A stretch of 26,664 nucleotides of DNA, from contig NW_021837006.1 of the NCBI RefSeq assembly GCF_006345805.1, positions 1 to 26,664 on the forward strand, in the 5' to 3' direction. The notes beneath the pieces were generated by a model, which ran no database searches, was not told the DNA's origin, and saw only the letters and a list, made by a program, of their open reading frames with translations. Positions 9,529 through 18,146 of the stretch are shown here, in pieces. The position numbers and the translations under genes were made by a program. Every line of letters starts with the position of its first letter. Position 1 is the first letter of the stretch. Origin of the DNA: Octopus sinensis. Its lineage: Eukaryota.

Positions 9529-9753
9529 GGCAAGGAAGACCAGCAGTCGTCCATGCACACCAGCCTCTCCTCTCCACTCACAGGGCTTTGGTCGGATCTA
9601 AGCAAAGGAAAGGCAACTCATTTCTACAGCTGAGTGAGCAACGTGAAATAAAGTGTTTTGCTCAAGAACACAACACGCAGCCCGGTCCGGGATTCGAACT
9701 CAACCTCACGATCATAAGCTCGACGCTCTAACCATTGAGCCATGCACCTTCAC
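9529..9753 (-). mobile_element. SINE family B with internal deletions, convergent with the copy at 8943-9232
   Basis: Minus strand: gtgaaggtgcatggctcaatggttagagcg...gagttcgaatcccggaccgggctgcgtgttgtgttcttgagcaaaacactttatttcacg. Confidence 0.9.
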
Positions 9754-10081
9754 TCCTATATATATATATATATATATATATAGTCGGCTAAAACGATTTT
9801 TAATACTTACATATTTAGAATGAAACAGAAAAGCGTAAATTTCGCACATAGTTAATATTTTACTTGTGCTCAACAGCTGTTTCATTAAGACGAGCAATTA
9901 AGTTAGTTTAATTTCAGTCAATCATAAAGCTGAGTTTACCCAAATTAGCAGCAATGTGTGTTGGGTTAATCCGAAAATTGGTACTAGTTAAATGGTTTTC
10001 GGATTAACATTGCGCGTAATAAATCAAGGATAAGAGCAAACACAGCTTTTAAAGAATTTAATTTAAAATTTGTTAATTATA

Positions 10082-10140
10082 TATCACAATTATGTAATTA
10101 TATCATAGTTATGTAATTGTATCATAATTATGCAATTATA
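10082..10140. repeat. ~19-bp minisatellite, 3 copies (tatcataattatgtaatta)
   Basis: tatcacaattatgtaatta / tatcatagttatgtaattg / tatcataattatgcaatta. Confidence 0.75.
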
Positions 10141-10477
10141 TAATGTTGTTTATCTTTAAAAACAGCTGTTTTTACAGAATTAAAGTTTAAACTATATCTA
10201 AAATTAACACATTTCGGTTATATTTACACACACACACACACATATATATACATATATACAATATATATATATACACGCACACATGTATATATATATATAT
10301 CATTGCGATAACAGCACCAAAACAATAAATATGTACACACTCACACACACACACACACACACACACGCTCACACATATTTACGTATGCATATGCAGAAAT
10401 GTATTATATATATCTATTTATATGTATGAATATATGCATCTATCTTATGCATATATAATATATATATATATATATAT

Positions 10478-10805
10478 ATACAGTGTACATTTAAACACAT
10501 AAGAGGTATTCGTCATTGGATTCCTGGCACGCTAGAAAGAATAGCCGAAATCCAAACCACTATTAGGGATAAAACTTCGAAGGGAATGAAAAATAAAAAC
10601 TTTTACCATCTATCTCCTGGACCATGGTTTCTGACTTTTTTTTAGCAAATAAAATAATTTGCTAGGCGAAGTCTTCATCAACAGGTACGCCTAGATTAAA
10701 CATATAAATACGAGGCAATCTAGCATGTGCCCCGTGCTTATACATTATAATTTTTCAAATCCACCGCGCAAGTGCAATTTTTTGTCGGCAGCAAATAAAA
10801 CAATG
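10478..10805 (+). repeat. Local direct repeat, copy 1 (longest, ~330 bp)
   Basis: Begins atacagtgtacatttaaacacataagagg. Shared with 10944-11155 and 11818-12016. Confidence 0.9.
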
Positions 10806-10943
10806 CCGGCGTTACTTCGAAAATTTTCCAGAAATATTATCAATAATTAATAATATCAGGATAATAAAAGTTTTAGAAATTTTTACTCCCAGTGGCCTAA
10901 CGTGTAGAAAAATTAGTCAATAGACTATAGAATATTCTTATAA

Positions 10944-11155
10944 ATACAGTGTACATTTAAACACATAAGAGGTATCGTCATAAGATTCCTGGCACGCTAG
11001 AAGAAACAGCCAGAGTCCAAACCACTATTAGGGATAAAACTCCGGAGGGAATGAAAAATAAAAACTTTTACCATCTATCTCCTGGACCATGGTTTCTGAC
11101 TTTTTTTAGCCAATTAAATAATTTGCAAGGCGAAATCTTAATCAACAGGTACCCT
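10944..11155 (+). repeat. Local direct repeat, copy 2 (5' part)
   Basis: Collinear with 10478-~10690 and ends at aacaggtaccc. Confidence 0.9.
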
Positions 11156-11363
11156 AATATTAATATATATATGTATATATATAAGTATGTGTGTGTGTGT
11201 GTGTGTGTGGTGTGTGTGTGTGTGTTAAAACGAGAGAGAGAGAGAAACATATATATGCACACATGTATGTTAGTGTATGTGCGCGTGGGGGTAGCTATCT
11301 ATCTATCTATCTATATATATATATATATATATATATTATTATATATATATATATACGTATATA

Positions 11364-11812
11364 TACACAGAGGGTGCAAAGAATATTTCACGATGGCATT
11401 TAATAATCAGTATATTACCCTCTTCAAACTAATTAAAAGGTTTTTATTTATTTCAGCTCCCCCGTGGCAGATAAAATGCTTACACAAGAAATGAAAGCGT
11501 ACGCAGTCATTTTTTTTTTTCATATGTGCGCAACAAAATGATCTAGAAATTGTCAACTTTCTAAATGTTGAAAAACCCTTTGTGCCAAGATCGCATGCAA
11601 CTGGAAGCTCCTGACGGGAATGTTTCAACTGTATCAATGGAAAACAACATTCTAAACAGTGGAACAATATAAGGACATCACAATTCCTCCTACGGGTTCA
11701 CAACATTATCGATGGTGATCCCGAAAAATCAACGAAGGCTATCAACAAAGGACTTCAGGTTTCAGCGTGGACTAGCAGAACCTGTGGTGCACAAGAACAT
11801 TAGATACGATTT
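11364..11812 (+). mobile_element. Tc1/mariner transposon relic: left end plus transposase N-terminal HTH region
   Basis: Frameshifted translation from ATG 11476 gives MLTQEMK..AVI...NDLEIVNFLNV...DGNVSTVS..KQHS...IRTSQFL.RVHNIIDGDPEKSTKAINKGLQVS.WT.R..VVHKNIRY. This fits the DPxxSxxxIxxxLxVS helix-turn-helix of Tc1/mariner transposases. A TIR-like cagagggtg follows a TA tract. Confidence 0.7.
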
Positions 11813-11817
11813 TAGAT

Positions 11818-12016
11818 ACCATCTATCTCCGGGATCATGGTTTCTGACTTATTTAGCCAATGAAAAAATTTGCTATGCGAAGTCTTCATCAGCAGCTGCG
11901 CCTAGATTAAACATATAAATACGAGGCAATCCAGCATGTGTCCAGTCCTTATAAATTATAAGTTTTCAAATCCACCGCGCAAGTGCAGTTTTTTGTCGGC
12001 AGCAAATAAAATAATG
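11818..12016 (+). repeat. Local direct repeat, copy 3 (3' part), joined to the truncated transposase
   Basis: accatctatctccgggatcatggtttctg...ttgtcggcagcaaataaaataatg matches ~10605-10805. Confidence 0.9.
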
Positions 12017-12032
12017 AGGAGAGGCTAATTTA

Positions 12033-12132
12033 TCTCTACCACGTTAAGGGTACGTGTGTCAGTGGAGTGCTCAGCAACTTGCATGTCAATTTCAAGAGCA
12101 GGCTGTTCCGTTTATCAGATCAAGTGCCAGTT
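12033..12132 (+). mobile_element. Fragment of an interspersed repeat, probably a SINE 3' region
   Basis: tcagcaacttgcatgtcaatttcaagagcaggctgttccgtttatcagatcaagtg is homologous to ~13050-13110 and ~20970-21030. Confidence 0.6.
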
Positions 12133-12161
12133 ATATGTGTGTGTGTGTGTGTGTGTGTGTG

Positions 12162-12305
12162 AAGGCACATGGCCTAGTGGTTAGAGCAGCGGACTCGCGG
12201 TCGAGGGATCGCGAGTTCGAATCTCAGACCGGGCGATGTATATGTTTGTGAGCGAAATACCTAAGCTGGCAGAAGGTAATGGCGAACTTCTGCTGACTCT
12301 TTCAC
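12162..12305 (+). mobile_element. tRNA-derived SINE 5' part (head related to family B, different body)
   Basis: ggcacatggcctagtggttagagc (A box)...gagttcgaatctc (B box). No acceptor-stem pairing, so it is not a tRNA. Confidence 0.8.
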
Positions 12306-12311
12306 CACACA

Positions 12312-12356
<45 letters not shown>

Positions 12357-12887
12357 CACATATACACGAAGGCACTGCATGAGCATCTACATCGCTAAAA
12401 ATAGAAGTCAAAAATACTTCTGTACCACAAAATAGTCACAAATCTAATATACGCATGTTAAGGAAAAATCCAGTGAACATTAAGAACGCCTTGCCGCTTC
12501 TAGGTCAGCACAAGTGATATTGGTGGCTCATGTGGTACCTTCGCGTGTGTGTGTGTGTGTGTAGTATGGCCACAGTCATTGGACTGAAATATATAAGAGA
12601 ATATATATATATATATACGGCAAATAAGAACGTATATATATATAAAATCGACAGACATCAGACGGTAAACGTTCCGGTATGTCTATTTATTCCAATGTAT
12701 TAAATGAATACATACACATGTATTAGCGGTACAGATTATCAAATAGAAAGAGATGGCAATTGCAAAGACAAGGGTGTGGAAGTATATAATCATATAGGAA
12801 CAAGTGATTAATTGAGTAAATGAGTAAAAGAGTATTGGATAGGTACTATCCCTTAGTTGGTTTCTCAACCTCTAACTCACATATATG

Positions 12888-12934
<47 letters not shown>

Positions 12935-12982
12935 GTATATATATATACACATACATGTGTATATATATATATATGTGTATAT

Positions 12983-13140
12983 ATATACACACATACATGC
13001 GTGCATACATACATACATGCACACACATACATACATGTACACACACGTGCATCAGCCACTTGCATGTTAAGTTCACGAGCAAGGTGTTCCATTGATCAGA
13101 TCAAGTGGAACACTTGTCGTCATAACCGATGGAGTGACAG

Positions 13141-13178
<38 letters not shown>

Positions 13179-13371
13179 GTGCGCGCACGTACGCTAGCGC
13201 GCGTGCGACGGGTTTCTTTCAGTTTTCGTGTACCAAATACAACATGCAAGGCTTTTAGTCGGCCCGAGGCTATAAGAGAAGGCACTAACGACTAACCCAA
13301 GGTCCCAAGCCGTGGTATTGAACCCTAAATCATGTGGGGAAGAAGCAACCTTCTTATTACACACACACAAG

Positions 13372-13425
<54 letters not shown>

Positions 13426-13498
13426 GAGACACGTATTTATATATGTGTATGTATATGATATATACAAATATATGTGTACATTTATATGTATATTTGTA
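12983..13498 (+). repeat. 516-bp block, copy 1 (duplicated at 20902-21418)
   Basis: Near-identical outside the microsatellites. It is a composite of repeat fragments and CA/TA tracts. Confidence 0.95.
13207..13365 (-). mobile_element. Diverged 5' half of SINE family A
   Basis: Minus strand: taataagaaggttgcttcttcccc...gggttcaatacc...ttatagcctcgggccgactaaaagccttgc...actgaaagaaacccgtc. Confidence 0.8.
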
Positions 13499-13515
13499 TA
13501 TTTATATGTATTTTT

Positions 13516-13558
<43 letters not shown>

Positions 13559-13790
13559 GAGAGAGAGAGAGATTCAGATGAATATGGTACTTAAGTTGAG
13601 GCAACCCACTTTAGTACGGTATTATCCATACAATTCAAAATAAGGTGATTAAATCAAAATAAGCAACCAGGATATCCTGTTGCTTATTTTGAGTTTATTC
13701 ATATATATATATATATATTATATATATATATATATATAAGTATATCTGATATTGTGTGTGTGCGTGTATGTATATATATATCTATATATA

Positions 13791-16056
13791 AGAATTCCTG
13801 GAAAACCCTTCGGTGAGGCTGATCTGTCCAACTAAGTCGGACATTGGCCGACTTAGTAATCTAGCCTGGATACTGTTCTACACCCAAATAACCCTCTTCT
13901 CCCTTAACCTATGGCTAAGTACGGAAGAAGTTCTAAAATGGTTTAACTCTCTAAATAATACTAGTAGTCTGTCCTTTATTCAGTTCGATATTAATAGTTA
14001 TTACTCTAGTATTTCCCCTATCTTACTCAAACAAATCACTAATATTTGCCATGAATCGCTCCCTCATATCTAGAGAAGAAATCAATATTGTGCTACTAGC
14101 TAGGAAGACATTTATAGAATTTGAGATAAATTATGGACTAGAAGCAGATACACCTAATTATTTTGATATACCAATGGGTCCAGTGATTCGGCTGAGGTAA
14201 CCACCTAGTAGGCGCATATCTATTAAATGCATAAGCAAGGATATCCCGGAAATACAGGGGGGGCTATATAGGGATGATGCTCTGTTTTGTTATCCCTAGT
14301 AATAATAAATCTGTTATAGAAAGGATTAAAAAAATTAATAAGTTCTTTAAGGATTTCAACCTCAGTATAACGTATGAATCGGGCACTAAATAGTTAACTT
14401 CCTAGATATTACGCTAGACCTTAACTCCAAGCTGCATTACCCATTTAGAAGGAAGGCGAAATCACGAATTACGTAAATAAATTATCAAATCATCCCCCAA
14501 ATTAATTGAATCTTAGTAAGAAATATTTCATTAAGAATTTCAAAATTATCATCCAATAAGGATATATTTTAACTCCCATTCTGAGCATTATATGCGGCGT
14601 TAACTAAGGCTGATACAACCAAAGATTACGTTCGTTGATAAGGAGAACTCACGTATTCCTAATGAAGAAGTTATCAGTAATCACGTAAGCAGCAATACAG
14701 ATCAAGCCCGAAATAAAAGTAGAATTAAATTAACGGTAAACGCTAATCTAACGTACAGGCCCAACAATTCAAATAGAACATTGACCAGAACATAGGTAAC
14801 TCGGATAATATCGAAATAGATAAACCTAAGATGCACACAAAATAAATAAAAATAATGGTAATAAATACAATAACTCCGGTGAGATGAATAGTAATAATTC
14901 TACGAACCCTAAATTTAATAAAAAGATATATTATGGCTGAATATTCTTTCAACTGTGCGATACAATCGGATATACAGAACAATTCAAAGTAATTCTGGAA
15001 AAAAATTTCCCTATCTCTCATAGATATCATAGAATTATTTCTAGGAAAACAGTTAGGATTTCTTATTCAACCCCCCAAATATGTCCACTTTAATAGCTAA
15101 GATTAATAATAACAACATTAAACTAGCCAGGAAGATAGAAATAAAAATAATAATATCAGCATGAATACCAATAGCAATTATAATAATACTACCAACAATA
15201 AAAATAGCATAGTAACTATCAAAACATAGGTGAATTAGTAACCACAGAATGACTAATAACATTAACATTAATAGTAATAATAACAATGCCGATATTAATA
15301 GAAGTAATAATGTTAATAATAGAAATAATAGAAATAAGGCTAATGGAGAAAATAGGAGAAGGAAAATATCAGTGATATCTATAACAACAATATGCAGTCG
15401 GATAAAAAAGACTAACAATAATAGTAACATTACCAATAATATAAGAAATCATGGTAGGACTTTAGACCTAAATGATGAAACAGAAGGATCAATAAATAAT
15501 AGCAATACTTTAGGGATCAGCACCAACTATAGAAATATTAATAACAATAAGGACAATTATACTCATGATAATCAAAATAATAGGAACCTAAGACATCTAC
15601 CCAAGAATAATCCAAAACCTGAAGTTGTTCCTCCTGTGTGTAGTGTAGAATAAATCAAAATGCCCGGCACCTGGTCTATGCGGGGAAAATAATGTAATCT
15701 ATAAATGTACCATATCCACGGAGAATAACAAATTTTTACATTGGATGTACAATTAATTTTCTAGCCAGAGTTAGAAATCACATCTCGTCTTTTAAATTAC
15801 GTCATAAAGCTGGTACCACCACACTTTCAAACAAAATCTGGGAACTCAAAATATAATAATAATATTAACCTTAATTGGGAAATAGTTAGGAGAGCAATTC
15901 CGTATAGAAAATAGTAGGGTTGGTTGCCAACTATGCTCCATGGAGACGTATGAAATTCTAAAGCATAGAAAACATAGAAACTTATTGAATAACCATATTG
16001 AACTAGGTCAAGTTTGTGTCCACGCTAAATTGAAGACTTTAAAATATTTTAAATGA
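13791..16056 (+). pseudogene. PLE reverse transcriptase plus GIY-YIG endonuclease ORF, disrupted by many frameshifts and stops
   Basis: YRDD catalytic motif at 14267-14278. VIY at ~15694-15702 and FYIG at ~15734-15745. Terminal TGA at 16054-16056. Confidence 0.9.
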
Positions 16057-17498
16057 TTAGAATATTCGTAACTAGATAGATAGATAGATATAACTGATTT
16101 TTACTAGTATAGCACTGCTTTAAGTAGATAACTAAGAGTTCTCACACTACAGTTATCTTTTTCCTTATATCTGCATCAGTTTTTTGAGAACAGGAAAATG
16201 AATAGTACTTATACACTGCTTAATTGAGGCTTTATTTAATTTCAAACTCATAATTTTAAATCTTAATTGTAATTTTTAATTTTAATTCTTAACTTAATCT
16301 AATTTAAGTAGCATAACTTTAATAAAATAAAATGAGTTACTAAAGCCCCATAATTCTATTTCAAATTAAATAAATAAGGCTACTCCCTCGGTGATAATAA
16401 GATTATCTTCATTATGATAGACAATTCCCTAACACCTTGTAAATGATCTTCTAAGATTTGACCTGTAGTCCGTCAATGTATGAATAATAACGGCAACTCC
16501 TTAAGACAACAAATGAATAAATTAAATAAATAAATTTTAATGACTTTTTGATAAGATTATACTTAGATTTTCCTAATGTATTTTCTTTTGATTTTAGCCT
16601 TGACCCCTAAACCCCTGACCGTGTTACCTCTTTAGAGTCTCTTTAAATTCATAGCTGATTTCAACAGCAATAAATTAGCTGTTTTACTGGTCAAAGAATA
16701 ATATTCTCCTCTAGTTCCTAGATGCCTGTAAATTAAAACCAGACTTGCCGTCTACTAATTCTTCTGTATAACTAGAACCCTCTTTTTTTCTTTTTCTTTT
16801 TTTTTCCCTTCTTTCCCTATTTCTTTCTCTTTTCTCTTTTTCTTTTTCTTCTTCTTATTCTCTTTTTCCTTTTCTCTTCTCCTTTAGTCCCCCTCTCCCC
16901 CCTTTTTTCTCCCTCCCCTTTATTTTCTCTCTTTTCTTCTCTTCCTTTCCCTTTTCTGTTCTTTGCCTCTCTAGAAGCCCTTCAGCCTTTAAAAGTTAAA
17001 TAGCTACAGCCTCTTGTAAATAGCAGTAATGTGATAATGTGGCAAATACCTAATCATATAACAAGAATTGATACCTACCTCATTGTGTTCAACCATTGAT
17101 AAATTATCGCCTGTGAATATGAAATTCCTCTTCATTTCTCTGGAAATTTACATCTACACCATTGGAAATTGTGCATCTATACAAAGGATTAATTCACCCT
17201 CTCTGCAATGCTAATAAGCAGGAATTGAGACCCACCTCGTTGTGATTAACAATGGATAAATTTGTCGTCTGTGAGTATGTAATCCCTCCTCATATCTCTG
17301 GAAATTCATATGTGCACTATGGATTAGGTCACCTTCTCTGTGATGCTATTAAAACTTTTTTTAAATTCTGTGATAAGACTGTACATCATCTTTAAAGAAC
17401 TTTAATGAACTTTGGAAATCTGTTTATGTTACTTAATTATCTACATCACTTCATGAGTATAGCCTCAACCACTAGGATGTCTAGAGAACTCACATGTA

Positions 17499-17588
17499 TT
17501 TTAGCTGATGAGTACGGGACACGTTTATATGCTGTAATTTTTGCAACTTTAATAAAGCCTGTCCTTGTATGAAACGATTGTACTAAAA
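17499..17588 (+). ncRNA. Minimal type I hammerhead ribozyme at the PLE 3' end
   Basis: Stem I ttttag (17499-17504)/ctaaaa (17583-17588). Core CTGATGA (17505-17511). Stem II gtacgggaca/tgtccttgtat, 10 bp with one bulge. GAAA (17571-17574). Stem III AC-gatt-GT. Predicted cleavage after GUA at 17582. Confidence 0.85.
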
Positions 17589-17661
17589 AACCTATCCATT
17601 CTTGTTGCTTCTTTCTCGCGTATATATATATATATAATAATCTGATATTGTGTGCGGTATG

Positions 17662-17703
<42 letters not shown>

Positions 17704-17715
17704 TCTCTTTTTTCT

Positions 17716-18099
17716 CTTTACTTGTTTCAGTCATTGACTGCGGCCATGCTGGAGCACCGCCTTTAGTCGAGCAAATCGACCTCGGGACTTATTCTTTGTA
17801 GCCCAGTACTTATTATTCTATCGGTCTATTTTGCCGAACCGCTAAGTGACGGGGAGATAAAACACACATCGGTTGTCAAGCAATGCTAGAGGGACAAACA
17901 CAGACACACAAACACATATACACACCACATATATATATATACACAGGTTTCTTCAGTTTCCGTCTACCAAATCCACTCACAGGCATTGGTCGGCCCGGGG
18001 CTATAGCAGAAGACACTTGCTCAAGATGCCACGCAGTGGGACTGAACCCGGAACCATGTGGTTGGTTAGCAAGCTACTTACCACACAGCCACTCCTGCG

Positions 18100-18101
<2 letters not shown>
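17716..18101 (-). mobile_element. SINE family A, full length and best preserved copy
   Basis: ggcgcaggagtggctgtgtggtaagtagc...gggttcagtcccactgcgtggcatcttgagcaagtg...ggcggtgctccagcatggccgcagtcaatgactgaaacaag. Confidence 0.95.

Positions 18102-18143
<42 letters not shown>

Positions 18144-18146
<3 letters not shown>

Larger units (their letters stand above)
13791..17620 (+). mobile_element. Penelope-like retroelement (Neptune/Poseidon-type order RT then GIY-YIG), 5'-truncated, with long 3' region and terminal hammerhead
   Basis: RT motifs: VRLICPTKSDIGRLS, FIQFDINSYYSSIS, FDIPMG..SAEV..LVG.YLL, GLYRDDA (14261-14281), FLDITLD, DILWLN..FN...FP.SHRYH...RKTVRISYS. Endonuclease: C..N.KCP..GLC..NVIYKC..FYIG..R..NH..F...LS..IWELK...W.I...C.LC..E..I. 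Confidence 0.92.

Noticed and set aside
9855-9925. Minus-strand GAAAC-AGCT-GTT with an upstream CTGAAA
   Set aside because: The core is incomplete and no stem I pairing is adjacent to it; at most an eroded remnant.
12162-12235. tRNA-like sequence (also at 8943, 9690-9753 and the SINE A heads)
   Set aside because: A and B boxes are present but the acceptor stem does not pair, and each continues into a SINE body. These are not tRNA genes.
12650-12695. agaca-tCAGACGG-TAAAC-gttccg-GTA-tgtct, hammerhead-like
   Set aside because: Stem I pairs, but stem II is absent and the core has three or more mismatches; too degenerate to call.
13831-13857. Perfect 10-bp hairpin actaagtcgg/ccgacttagt in the PLE RT
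   Set aside because: Within conserved coding sequence (TKSDIGRLS). A single short stem is plausible by chance, with no further support.
15053-15436. 127-aa hydrophobic, membrane-protein-like minus-strand ORF
   Set aside because: Antisense read of the AAT-rich PLE linker; ATT/TTA/TTG codons give Ile/Leu runs.
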